Shown here in pieces: positions 1-13,200 of a stretch of DNA of 64,000 bases. The position numbers were made by a program, and so were the translations under genes. Under the pieces are notes generated by a model that had not been told where the DNA came from, did no database searches, and saw only the letters and a list, made by a program, of their open reading frames with translations. How positions within the stretch are numbered: position 1 is the stretch's first letter; the number at the start of each line of letters is the position of its first letter. This DNA is from Torpedo marmorata (Eukaryota), in NCBI GenBank assembly GCA_977017645.1, contig OZ360246.1, forward strand, positions 15,686,001-15,750,000. Reading direction: 5' to 3'.

Positions 1-286
1 TCAAGATTCAGGGTAGTATATTTGGGATGGAGTTGAGGAGGAACTGCTTTTCCCAGAGGGTGTTGAACCTGTGGAATTCGCTGCCCATTGAAGCAGTGGA
101 GGCTACCTCAGTAAATATATTTAAGACAAGGTTGGATAGATTTTTACAAAGCAGGGGAATTAAGGGATACGGGGAAAAGGCAGGTAGGTGGAGATGAGCC
201 TATCATCAGATCAGCCATGATCTCATTGAATGGCGGAGCAGACTTGACGGGCCGGGTGGCCCACTCCTGCTCCTATTATGTTCTTA
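1..286 (+). mobile_element. CR1/HER1-like LINE 3' end
   Basis: Encodes the CR1 ORF2 C-terminus (RRNCFSQRVLNLWNSLP..AVEA) followed by the tail gggccgggtggcccactcctgctcctattatgttct. Confidence 0.8.
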
Positions 287-1424
287 AATCCCATTTTGTT
301 CTGAATAGATGATACTTACTCTCCTGTGCAAGGTGCTCCATCCAGTTTGGGAAAGACAATTGTGTTGTTATAAAGTTGACCCAGAGGAGCAGTGTGGGTG
401 ACAGACAATGCTCCCAAAGCTTTAAGGTTGGAACAGAAGCCTCAGTAACATAAAATTGGTCTGCTGCCGGGTTCTGTCATCTTGGTGCTGGAGGAAGAGA
501 CAAGCAGTGCTATCAGCACTTTCACGCTGTCATCCTTGCTGTGTTGGCAAGCGACCAGGGGTTGAGACTAGGCAAAACCAGGCCCCGCGGATTCTATAGA
601 GAAAGCTCTTTTTCCTCTCTCCAGTTTTACTTGGCAGCCCTTGTGTGGGAACACTACAAAGCGGAGGCTGATAAAGAGGTGGGACCTGGCAGTGCTCTCG
701 GAATCTGAACTGTCTCCAGCCTGCAGCTGCAAAGACTGCCGTTTACTCTGCGATTAAAATACACAGCTTACAAAGCCAACATTTCAATGGGATCTGGAAC
801 AAGCACAAAACGTTGATATGTACTTTCGGAGGTTAAAATGTTTTGGAAATCACAGGTTTGGCAAAGTAAGGATTGAACAACTGTTTACTTTGAAAAACTG
901 CAGCTCTTTGCCAGAATGCTTGGAGATACATCGACCTTGGTGTTGCATGCATTGTTTGCAGCACTTTCATTAATGCCTTCTCAGTAACGTATTGGAAGTA
1001 TTTTGAACCTAATCTGGTCAGTGGAAACTGAATTTCCACAGAGTGAATGGATAGCGGGTTTGTAAAATGATATTGGGTTGGCCTGGTCAGATTCAAAATA
1101 CCTCCTCCTCCTCCAAACCTCTTGTGTTTCTTTATCTAAAGATCACCTCACATTAGATTCCAGCCAAGATGAGAGCTGGGAATTGTGATGTTTGTTGTAC
1201 CATTTTGGTTAGGTATTTCTAGTGGAACCCTGATTTTAGCAAGTTTCCAGGAGCACTGTGGTTGAAATCATCACATTCATAGAGTCGTAGAGTTTTACAG
1301 TATGGAAACAGGCCCTTTGGCTCTACGTGTCCATGCTGACTAAGTTGTCCACCCAAACAACTCTCATTTACCTGCATTCAGCCCGCATCCTTTCCTCTCC
1401 ATTCCTTCTCCACCCTTTGTCCTG

Positions 1425-1878
1425 GACACAGCCCAGTGCATCACAGGCAAAACTCTCCCCATCATTGAGAAAATCTACATGGAACGCTGCTGTTGGAGAG
1501 CATCATCAAGGATCTACACAACCCTCCCTGTTCTCACTGCTGCCATCAGGAAAGAGGTATCGGTGCCACAAGACTCGTACCACCAGGTTCAGGAACAGCT
1601 GCTACCCCTCCACCATCAGACTCCTAAACAACAGACTCAATCAGAGACTCATTTAAGGACTCTTACTTTACACATTATTTGTTATTGAATATTTATTTTC
1701 TGTATTTCAATGTTTTTTTGCACTTCCTTCTTGTTTACATTTCTCTCTTTTGTATACATATCTTTTCTTGAGTAGTTTTTTTTTTATAATAGAAATTCTG
1801 CCTGGCCAGCAAGAAAAAGAATCTCAGGGTTGTATGTGATGTCATGTATGTACTCTGACAATAAATCTGAATTTTGAA
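1425..1878 (+). mobile_element. Rex/Babar LINE 3' fragment
   Basis: ORF end LFSLLPSGKRYRCHKTRTTRFRNSCYPSTIRLLN; 3' tail ...gtactctgacaataaatctga shared with other copies. Confidence 0.85.
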
Positions 1879-4800
1879 CATTATGACTGCAGCCATAGAC
1901 TACCAAAGACCCATTGACTTACCACTTGAAATGTCAATAATAATGATTCTCACCTCTCAGGTGTTCAGTTTATTTTGAATCAAGACTATAACAAAGTCTG
2001 GTCTGTTCTAAGCTGCACTGGTTGAAACAGACTTGACCACCGGTGAGCTTGTTGCTGTTGAGGGGACATCAGTGCAATCGAAGAATGAAAGTTGCCACAA
2101 CTTTCATTGTTGAGGGGACCTCTTCATGTGTCATTCCTGCTGAAGATTGGGAGAGTCAGATATGATGGAATATGGCCATTCCGGATTTGCCAAATTCTTT
2201 ATCAATGGGCAACTTTCCACAATTTCTGGGGCCTGTCGGTGTAAGGTGTCCGTAGACATTGCTTAGTTAGAGACTTGGCTTAGTTTACAAGAAGTATGGA
2301 AACCATTAGCCAACTCCCTAATCAGCATGTTTAACCAAATGAGATTTTAGTTTAATGATGTTGGACGGTCCAGATGCGCAATGGGTGCACAAAGAAAGAT
2401 TATTACTGCATTACATTTCTTTTGCTTACAAATATTGTTGAAATAGGAGCTGAAACACTGTATTCTTGCCTGACCCTTCATCTACTGAGACACCAGTGTG
2501 CTGTGGGTCAAGGTCCAAATGCAGCAGAAGCCCCGTGGCAGGGTCGTCATGGGGCCTGGCAGACAACTGCAGTTCTGTTGCTGTTCCCGCATGTTTCAGA
2601 GAGCCCGGCTGAACTACAGGAAATCCAAGCGATTTTCCCCTTTCCCCGCGCTAAAAACGCTGGGGCTAATCATGTTTCCACTGCTGCAATACTGATTGAT
2701 CTTTGTATTGGGTGCTGCACGAGGAGGGAGTCAGACTCAACTCCATAGCCCATCGTGGCTGATGTCAGCTCGGACTGCCCGGATGGGTGAGTGAAGAGTA
2801 GGGATTGGGAGTGGAACTGCTCCTCTGCAGGAGCCAGCATCTTTAGTGGGCATACACAGCAAGCTGGGGTCAGGTGCAGAATGTATTTAAACGGCCTGCA
2901 TCACTTCTGACTCACGGATGGGGAGAATGGTGCTCAAACTTCCATATGAAAGGCACGTGAACGTGGTGCAGAGCAGGGATTGGTTTTGAATGAGGCTCTC
3001 ATTCAAAACCAGTGAGTGTGTCCCACCGGGAAGATTGGGGTTGGAGTGAGAATTGTGTCTGGATTGGGGTGCGGGGTGGGTGGGGGGTAGAGTTTGGAGA
3101 GGCCAGGATTGACTAACACACGAATGGGATGGCTCTGGGAGGGTGGACAAGTTGAGCTGCACAAATCTGTGAAGAGGAGTCAAGCACATGATTGGAACTG
3201 AAATGCAGCAGGTCCAACGCACAGTCAGGCCGGGGGGTACAACTCTTACTATGACTATAACCATGTTCTCACCATAACCCCCAATCCCTTTCCCTTGGGG
3301 AAATGTATCTCCCCCACACACCCCCCCCCCACTCTGTGCCCCACTAATTCTATTACACCATCTGGTTTTAGTGAGCATCCCCACTAACCTATTGCACAAC
3401 TTTTAGCAAGCTCGGCCTGGCTCTCTGTTTATCCCGAGATTCCTCACATTATTGAATTTGCATCCCTGTTATGTAACATTGCAGCTCCACATCTACCATG
3501 GCTGAGGAAATAATGGAAGAGTAGGTGAAAAAAAAAAAGAAAAACATTGTGCCTATTTTCCAAGAATAACTTCCCAAATCAAAGCCAATTTCGACAGTGT
3601 CGCTTCCTCCTTTGGGTACAGTGATTGGCTGGTTCTGTTCCATTTGGACGCAGTGTGCTTGCACAAACCCTTCTTTGCATATTTAAACAAATGAAGTTTT
3701 TAGTATCAGTGCTTTGGACAAATCACATCAAACAGCACCAAGCTCGTCTCCATTTATCAGAGATTCATTATTTTAAAATAAACAATATGATGTTTTTCCC
3801 AGAGATGGAATTCCTGTGTATTTTAACAGCTATTTTTTGCTCAGTTTAATTTCTATTTAAGACATTTTCTTTCACTCATTATCTTTAAATATTCTACTTT
3901 TTATAACAAAACATATTAAACAATGATATGTAGATCTAAGTACTTTTAATGCTATGCTCCCTTAATATAAACAATCACGTTTCCGGGTCAAAGAGGCCCC
4001 CACGATACATTTTCTTTCTTTGCTGCCAAAAGATTAGCTGTAATGAATACTTTGACTTGGCATGTTAGAGGAAGTACGGTCTCATTTTTCCTGTGCGTAG
4101 ATTTTATAACACTAACCAGGTGCCTGCAGTCTGGGTTTCGAAACAGAACAGTATTGATTATGTCTGGCTGGATTATTGTGGAGCCCGAGTTCTGTTTGCT
4201 GAACACAGGAAACTAGCCTCACACTTAGCCTTCTGCAGAGTTGTTGCAATCAGAAGACACCCGCTTCACAGGAAACCAGAGCAGGCTCAGGTCGGACAAA
4301 GCCTCTGCCCATTTCCTTGGCTTCTGAAGAACTTCCCAATTTTATAAATTTAAGAAAAAAAAGTAGCAAATACTGGAACTCTAAAAATGAGGAAGCATGA
4401 AAGAAACCACCCAAGCATTCGCTTTAATTTCTCCACACAATGTTGACATTGAATGGCAACTCTTTCCCATGTCGCCTTGCAGTTTTTCCTCTTCATAGAG
4501 TATGTTTGCAATATATTCCAGGCTGGTCTATACCAGTATTTGCATGACATACGCAAGATCATGTTTTGCCGCAGTGCTGGTTCGGCCGTGAGACCTGCGT
4601 ACTTCACGGGACCATCTGGGGCTCTAGGTTTGGAGCACAGTGGCAATCTTGATGTATTCCTGAGGGGAACCGGAAGCTGCTACAGATTCCTGGACTAATG
4701 CTACGGTGATATCTAGGGTGTTTGTTTGCTATTTTGAGCCCCTGGCCTATAGCTAATGAAGTCTGCTTTCCTATGGGACTGGACCAGTGCTATTGGATGA

Positions 4801-6159
4801 GAACCCTTCTCACGGTTCCAGCTAATGTGACTGTAAAATTGATTGGTGGGCACACTCCCAGTAACCATATAAAGTCTACAACAGGGGGAAACATCCACCC
4901 ATGGAATCATTTGGGAGTGTGGTATTATGGCACTTGATCATCTCACCACAGTGACACTTATACCGGAAATGTCTGTTTCCACAAAGGTGGCATACCTTTA
5001 AAATAAGAAGACGCTGGCGTCGTTGGTGAATGAGCAAAAGTTATCGTACAAAAACACTTAAACAAGAGTAAATATCAATTCGTCTCGGTAGTTTGTGGTT
5101 TTGCGTCAATTGACTGCTACACTTACCTACAAAATACCTCTGACTCAGATTCCAAATTAACCAGCTGCCTGGGTGACAGTTTAGCCTGTATTAACTTCAT
5201 GAAAGATAGCACAAGCCCTATCAGGGTTTTTTTCCCACTTTTTTTATAGAATTCTCTCCAGTAATAAAATGCTAAAAGTAAAGAATATAGAAGCTCACCT
5301 GCCATCCTTCCTAATCAGCCGTGCCAGCTGACTCCCTGGCACACAAAAGCAAGCACATGTTAACAATGCAGGTCAGGGCACAGCTACAAAATGCAAGCTC
5401 CGTCTTGCTAAACTGTGGGCCAGTCTGATCCCATTATAAAGAGTAACATCAAAGCAGTAAAGGAAAGTGAACAGACAGTCACCAAGATCCCTAAAGGGCC
5501 AGAAAGCTGCAAGAGCTGAGCTTTTTCAAGAACATTTATTACTTATGAAACCTTCCAAGCTCAGACAAGGTGGATGAAGCCAGACAACCAATTACTGTAT
5601 TAGTGTTTCAAAGGCTCTTTTGCTGTCTTTAGACATCACCATCACACTTTCCTTGTAGCGCATGCAGTTGCTGCAGAGCTTCAGGCCATACTGTTAGTAG
5701 AAGCGTGCCTCATGCAATGTTTTGCAGGCTCTCATGCTGAGCTCCCTTGAATCATTTTCTTTCTGAAGCAACAGCCACAGGCCTAGAAATGGAATTGCAT
5801 AATCTGTTTTTTTTCCCCAGTTTTATGCCATTGAAAAATTGTTTTTTAGTCTGCTGGAGTGAAGTGCAATCATGACCAATTTTGTTCTGTGCCACTTTGG
5901 AAATACAACAGGTCACTTCTAGGTCTGCGTTCTCTTTGTACCTTAATTTCTGGGCCAAGGACGTGGGATGGCGCTGTTCACTGTGTGGCCCACCTTTTGA
6001 AGCTTTACAGGAGAACAGGCATTATATTGGGAGCGCCTTTGAGGGGCAATCTTGGGAGAACGTGGTCTTCCCAGTGCACCTCCCAACTGGGACGCTCTAC
6101 AGGTAATTTAATTACAATACTTCCATTTTTCAGTATTACCAACCACAGCCCCCAGCTGC

Positions 6160-6327
6160 AAAAGTAAAACACGAAAGTCTGCAGACACCGTGGTTGAAGT
6201 AAAAACACAACGCTGGAGAAACTCAGCCGGTCAAACAGTGTACTTTATATAGCAAAGATAAAGATACTTAACCAGCTTTTCAGGCTTGAGCCCTTCATCA
6301 AGGAACTAGCATTGTGTTTTTACCTCT
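6160..6327 (-). mobile_element. Penelope-derived pLTR unit with a degenerate hammerhead motif
   Basis: Minus strand reads CCTTGATGAAGGGCTCAAGCCTGAAAAG; flanked by the direct repeat cccagctgc (6151-6159 / 6328-6336). Confidence 0.7.
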
Positions 6328-6529
6328 CCCAGCTGCCCCTGCCACACTCTGCAATAATGCTGCAGTCCTCCTTGCTCCAAGACCTGACCAAGAAAGAAGC
6401 TCTCTATTCCCATTATCCCCCAGGAAAGTGCCAGATCACTGTCCCCACAATTTCTTCGAAACTCCTGGGCCCCAATCCCCTCCGATCAGCCCTTCCCATA
6501 CCATTCCTTTAACTGCCAATACCCGTCCT

Positions 6530-7045
6530 TTCAGAATCAGAATTATTGTCATGAACATGTCACGAAATTCGTTGTTTTGCAGCAGCATCACAGTGCAAAT
6601 ATTTACATAAACCTCCTTACCAAATAAAATAATTGTGCAAGAAAAAGACAAAGTAAGGCAGTGTCTGTGTTTCATTGTTCATTCAGGAATCTGATGGCGG
6701 AGGGGAAGAAGCTGTCCTTGTGCCGCTGAGTTCTCGTCTTCAGGCTCCTGTACCTTTTTCCCGATGGTAGCAGAGTGAAGAGGGCACGGCCTGGGTGGTG
6801 GGGGTCCTTGAGGATAGAGGTTGCTTTCTTAAGACACCGCCTCTTGTAGATGTCCTCGATGGAGTAAAGCCCTGGATGTCGCAGGCCCAGTTAACAACCC
6901 TCTGGAGTTTTATCCTGTCCTGAGCGTTGGCACCTTCTTACAAGACAGTGATGCAACCGGCTAGAATGCTCTCCACGGTACACCTGTAGAAGTTTCCGAG
7001 ACATACCGAATCCCCTGAAACTCCTTACAAAGTATAGCCGTTGAA
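6530..7045 (-). mobile_element. Rex/Babar LINE 3' fragment, (ATTCTG)n-tail subfamily
   Basis: Close similarity to the 3' end of the 17468-19262 copy; tail cagaatcagaattattgtcatgaaca. Confidence 0.85.
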
Positions 7046-7392
7046 AGATGTGATTGCCAATCAGAAGTCATGTGCCTCTGGAACAGCTGGAGTTCCCAGT
7101 TGGGGCCAGTGTGAGGGTGCACTTGAATTTCTAGGCATGTACTTTGCCTGTACGTGACTACTCCCCCCTCCCCCCCCCCTCCACCACCCCAATCAGGTAT
7201 CGAACCATTCTCCTTTTGGAAGTGTAGATCGTGGTTGTCATGGAACTCACAAAGGAAGGGAGCTTCAAGCATGCATCATGTTCGCGTAATGTCCAGGAAG
7301 ACAGGTTACAATTGTAGCACCCCAACTCTTACCTCCCTGAAGTTAGCATAGATTGAGGGCTGGACGAAGCTCTTAACAAATTAACCCGAAAG

Positions 7393-7635
7393 CAGGGGGC
7401 GTATCTAGGGTATGGCAGGCATGGCACGTGCCCCCCTCAATGCCGCTGCCAACCCGGACATACAAGGAACACACACCTGCTCGGTACACTCGTCCTCCTT
7501 CCTCGTCCTACCGTTCGCTCTCAATTATACAACGCCAAATACAACATGGCGGCCACCAAGGCCGGCTATTGCGAGACCTCCATGTCGCCGTGTATTTTGA
7601 TGCATTGGCCACTATTTTGCGTAGATATGCCCCTG
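7393..7635. mobile_element. hAT-type MITE
   Basis: TIRs cagggggcgtatcta / tagatatgcccctg; perfect 8-bp TSD cccgaaag (7385-7392 / 7636-7643). Confidence 0.85.
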
Positions 7636-8794
7636 CCCGAAAGGTACAAATTCTGCCTGGCCCGCAGGAAAAGGAATCCCAGGGTTGTATGTGATCTCAT
7701 GTATGTACTCCGACAATAATTTGAACTTTGTACCATAATTCTCCACCTTCAGACTCCGCTCCGATTGTAAGGGGTACAGGAAATGTGGCAGAGTATCAAA
7801 TCCGCATTGCCTCTCCTTGCTTGGTTCCACTGACTAGCTATGTAATTGCTGTTTGAATTGTGCTTCCTTTTGCTTTTCTAATTATATTTTAAAATCTTGC
7901 ATTGTATCTCTTCTTCGAGATTTTGTAATTGAAAATGATATCACTGTGCCCTTCAGTACCGAAAACCTTAAAAGCTAGCAATTGAGTAAAAATGACACAA
8001 ACTCCTGGATTTTCTAATGTTGATTGCATTTAGTGCCTTAATCATCAGGAAGTGTTTTTTAAAAAAATGTGGAGCATCAGTGAGTCCCTAAAGTGCCGAG
8101 CCCTCCCTGGTGTCCCAGCTTAAAAGCCTTCAGGAAAATAAGACTGCAGGCCAGAAAGACATGTACAGGAAAAGTATTATGTGGAAGTATTGTTGCTATC
8201 AGATCAACTCGAGGAGTGATTCCCAAAGAGGTCGGAAGGCAGATGGATTCATGACAATGTTGACATTGTCCGTTGTTGAACAATCCTGGTATTAAGATCT
8301 TTATATAAACCTTTTGTTGTGATCATCCTGCACTTGAGGCTTGAATAGTGTTTTTAATGTTGGAAATGTAATGAACTGCATCTGCCCCTCCATCTGGCTC
8401 CTCTTGTTTTATTCTGTTCGGCATCGCTGTGGTAGGTGCAACTCAGTCACTTCTTTTACTTTCCCTGAGAATCAAAATCAAACTGCAGATGTTGGAAATC
8501 TGAAACAAAAACAGAAAATGCAGATTAGGCAGCATCTGGAACATGGAACATTAACGGTGCAGATCAGGAACAGACCCTGTGACTCATGATGTTTGTGTCG
8601 ATGATGATGTCAATTTCAACCAATCCCACCTGCCTGCACACGACGCCGTCAACATCCCTCTGTTCCCTGGCTGGTCACGGGCCTGTCTAAATGCCTCTGC
8701 TTTGAATCCGCTTCCACCAGCTCCCCAGGCAGTACATTCCAGGTACCCACCACGGTGCAATAAAAGCAATTGCCTCACATATCTCCTTTTAAAT

Positions 8795-9348
8795 GTTCAG
8801 ATTTCAGATTTATTGTCAGAGTACATACATGACATCACATACAACCCTGAGATTCTTTTTCCTGTGGGCGAGGCAGAATTACCACTTATTGGTAGTGCAA
8901 AAAATACTGTACACAATGTACACATGTAAACAAATAAAGAAATGTAAACAGATAACGAATGTAAACAAACTGCAATACAGAGAGAATTTTTTAAAAAATC
9001 AATAAAGAGCAAAATTAAGAATCCTTAAATGAGTCCCTGATTGAGTTTGTTGTTGAGGAGTCTGATGGTGGAGGGGTAGCAGCTGTTCCTGAACCTGGTG
9101 GTGCGAGTCTTGTGGCACCGATACCTCTTTCCTGATGGCAGCAGCGAGAACAGAGCGTGTGCTGGGTGGTGTGGATCTTTGATGATTGCTGCTGCTCTCC
9201 GACGGCAGCGTTCCCTGTAGATGTTCTCAGTAATGGGGAGGGTTTTGCCTGTGATGTCCTGGGCTGCGTCCACTACCTTTTCCAGGGCTTTACGCTCAGG
9301 GGTATTGGTGTCCCCATACCAGACCATGATGCAGCCGGTCAGCACTTT
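8795..9348 (-). mobile_element. Rex/Babar LINE 3' fragment
   Basis: ORF 9025-9345 (GCIMVWYG...PSGKRYR...TIRLLN) plus the family 3' tail. Confidence 0.88.
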
Positions 9349-9665
9349 CCCTCTTTCACCTTAAATCTGTGCCCTCTCGTATTTGAGATCTCCATCCTGG
9401 GAAAAAGACGTTATCTACAACTCTCATAATTTGATATACTTCCTCCTCTGCCTCCTGATGTTCAGAGAAAAAAGGTTTGTCCAACCTCGCCTTGCAGCTA
9501 ATACACTCTCTAATCCAGGCAACCTTCTGATGATCCTCTTTTGCACCCTCTCCAAAGCCTCCACATCCTTCCTGTAATGCAGTGACCAGAATTGCACACA
9601 ATGCTCCAAGTGTGGCCAAACCAAAGTTTTATACTGCTCAACATGACATGCCAGCTTTCACACTC
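9349..9665 (-). mobile_element. CR1 LINE fragment
   Basis: Minus-strand peptide VWPHLEHCVQFWSLHYRKDVEALERVQKR, typical of the CR1 RT C-terminal region. Confidence 0.8.
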
Positions 9666-9667
9666 TT

Positions 9668-10225
9668 TCCAATATTTTTATTGTTTTATATATATATATA
9701 TATATATATGCTCATACATAGGTAATAACAAGAATATATATCTAACAAAGTAAACGTATATTAACAAATAGCTGTAAACAACCTATGAAAGAGACACAAA
9801 AAAACCAAAATGTATATAAACCAAAAACTACTCTAATAATCGAACCCCTCCCTTGTGAAGTTATGATTAAAAATATATGTTCCATTAATGCATGAAAGAA
9901 AGGACAACCAAATCATCAAATGGGATCCAATAATCTTATAAATTCTGAAAATAATTAAGGAAAGGACCCCATAAATTAAAAAAAATTAAGGTTCATTACA
10001 TTCGTTGAGCATCTAATTTTTTTTCCAGAGTCAAGCATGCCATCACATCCGATAACCATTGAGTATGTGTAGGGGGGACAGCATCCTTCCATCTCATAAG
10101 TATAGCTCTTCTGGCAATAAGGAGAGCAAAGGCAACTACATGGGATTGTCGCCCAGACAAATTTAAATCAGCTGACTTATTTATTCCAAATAGGGCAAGA
10201 AAAGGATTAGGATCCAAATTAATAA
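9668..10225 (-). mobile_element. L1/Tx1-like LINE 3' fragment
   Basis: Peptide FALLIARRAILMRWKD..PTHTQWLSDVMACLTLEK resembles fish L1 ORF2 C-termini; the same tail recurs on + at about 47615-47970. Confidence 0.75.
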
Positions 10226-13200
10226 GCTTTTACACCCAATGCAGTTAATGTTTTAGTTTTGGGTCTCTGATTTGGGTCTCAGCTCCGATGAAGGGTCCTG
10301 GACGTAAAACATTAACTAATTGATCCCCATCACTGCCTCAATAAACACACCACGTTCAGTTATTTATTATTTTACAGAATTTAATGGAAACCACAGGTGC
10401 AGAGCTCAGATCCCGGACTGGTTGAGCATGGGCACATCTGAGAGGCATCAATCCAGAAGCCATTTTACAAGGGGCATTTGTACACCTGCAACGACCACGA
10501 ACCTTGCAGGAATTTTGCAGAACAGGCCGATTATGATGTGTGTCAGAGTGCAATTCCAACATTCAAGCACTCATTCAGTAGAAGGAACCACGACCCCACC
10601 TGTTCCATTTTTAAGAAATGTTGTATGAAATTATGGGTTAGTTTTCACTTCGAGATTACTGACCGTTGCCATGATATGGTGGTTTATGCAGTCCTTTTGA
10701 AGTTGGTCTGCAGGAAGTAGTGTGGCAGTTGCTGAAAGACACAACAGGCTTCTCCACAAACTGGTCATTTGTAGATGTTCACCACTTGGAACTCCACATG
10801 TTTGGGAGAGAGGACAGTCTACATAGGATAGCGGGAGCTGTGGAAGAGTGGGATAGGCAGTTCAACGGGAACCCAATCTACCCAGTGTGTTTAAGAAGCA
10901 ATTCGATCTTAGATAAAGTGTTGAATAATGAGTGAGGTGCAGTAAAAATGTCTTCACTGCTACAAACACTACACACCTCCCCTTTACATAGTGCAGGTTG
11001 GCTTAAAGATGAAAGGCTGCCTAATTCTACGTCCCTGCTGAGTTGTATGGTCACCCCAAATTAGGTTTAATTCTGGTTCTGTGATGCAGACATGATTACG
11101 GGACAGCACAAAGTTGTCTGTGTTGAAAACACTGATCCCAGGGTAAACTCAATGGTCACCCCAACACCCAATTTTGGAGCCAATCAAATCTAGCCTCCGC
11201 CAACTCCATCCTTCATGTTTTTCTGTTGGCATTGTGTCATTGTGAGATTCCTTCGAGTGTAGCCAGTTGCTTGGATCCTTCAGTGGCTTTGAGATGGGTC
11301 AAATGTACGCCACTCGGTAATGAGAATACAGAGGCAAGTCAACTCATTGTGGGAGTCTTGGTGGTTCAGTTCCTGAACAAACCACTTTGACCAGTTGAAC
11401 TGATGATTCACCAGCTCGTCTGGCTCACTAGTGTAACATGAAGGGCGACCTGTCAATGAAAGCTAGAAATCTCACCAGTCAGCGACAGATATTACAGGAA
11501 ACCAATGTCTGAATACAGTACAGTGATCTTGCTTGGAGAGCTGAATGCTCAGCATCTTTGTTTCCTCATGGTGCGAAGCAACATAGTTGTAAATGAAATA
11601 CTGTTAACCACACACGGGGAAGGTGGGGTGCAGCAACATTGGGAGATAGAAATTCACATCACACATTTCTGTGCACAATGTGATTAAATTATGTTGAACG
11701 CCCAACTGTGATCAGCACCTAGTATGGTTTCTGTGCACTTGCCCAAAGTCATAACTCATTCTGTGTGTGTGTGCGCGTGCGTGTCGTATCCAACCATGCC
11801 AAATGTGTGACATGCACATCACAATCTGTAAACAGGGCGTCCTGTGCGCACTGGATTTGGCGCTCGTTTGAATGGTTGAGACCATCTCGAGCTGTAAACA
11901 GCAGACCCAACCTTGCATGTTCTACTGCTGTGGAATCTGTATCTTACAGGTAGTTCTTTGGGTGTTCAGAGCCTTGGCCAGCACCTAAGCACTGACGCTG
12001 GCTTCAGGCGTGACACAACCAGAGCTGTGGCACTTCAGTGCCACGCATCATCTTCATCAGTGTGGAACTTCTAGCCGAGTCTTCTCATCTAAGTGCCGTG
12101 CTGGGAGGACTTCCCACCTTGTAGTGGGTCAACTGCAGAACTTTGAGTTGGTCTGATGAATGATGATTAGCTTTTAGATTTCTACAAGAATTAAATGCAG
12201 TGCTTGACTGATTTAAATAAAACAAGCCTTTCTGCTGGTAAGTTTGTGAAAATAGAAATTAATTTTAAAGGATACATTGCAATTTATTTACAACCTGGTT
12301 TAGAAATGCCGCATGGTACAGGCGTTTCAAATCAAATTTATGTCAAACATCTTGATGCTGCAGGTCTGTAATGGATGGCCACAGCTGTGAGAACTCAGTG
12401 GTTCCTGTTATTACAATGGAGCCCAAGAGATTTTGAAGCAGAATGCCACAGTTCCATTCAATGTGTAACTGCTGTACAAGTGCACCATCTATTTCAGCCG
12501 AGTGATTGTGGTTCCACCTAACACCTTCCTGCCCCTCCCTCTCCCCTCTTTATACTGGCTATCTCCTCTCTACACTCTCGGTCCTTAAGATAGGGTCTCA
12601 ACCCCATTTGTCAGCCCTTCCTTCACCCTCCATAGATGCTGCATGACCCACTGCGGTCCTCAGCAGTTTGTTTTTTACCGTCTCTGCAGTCTCTCGTGTC
12701 TCCATGATCGCGGACTTGTTATTTTAAGTTCATTCCTTCATGAAGGAGAGGATTGAAAGCCGTCAAAAGAAACAGAATGCAATCCAATTGTGAAAATCGG
12801 AAGAAAGATGAAAATGGGTGTTCAATGAACTTGTACAAAAATGCGACACAATGCTAAATATGTGACGCATTTACTGTTGTGTGATTGCCCCTACAGCCTC
12901 AAACATTTCTGTCGACATGGCTTGATGTTCAACATCCTTTCTACTGTAATTTCTGCTTGCTTTTTTTTAATGTGACTCACTCTCACAGACAAGCTCTGAA
13001 CAGCCAGTTCTTGAAGTCTAAGAGTGGTTACAAACAACAACCCACTTCTTGTGGCTTTTACTTTGCATAAAAGCCATTATCAGAACTTGTAGCCATTAGC
13101 TATACTGCAGAGAAATGCAAAGGAAGTGGCACCCTTTCCCAATCTAACCACTCATGCTCTAGTGGAAATATGAGCCGGGGCCCTGTGGCTGATAATGCTT

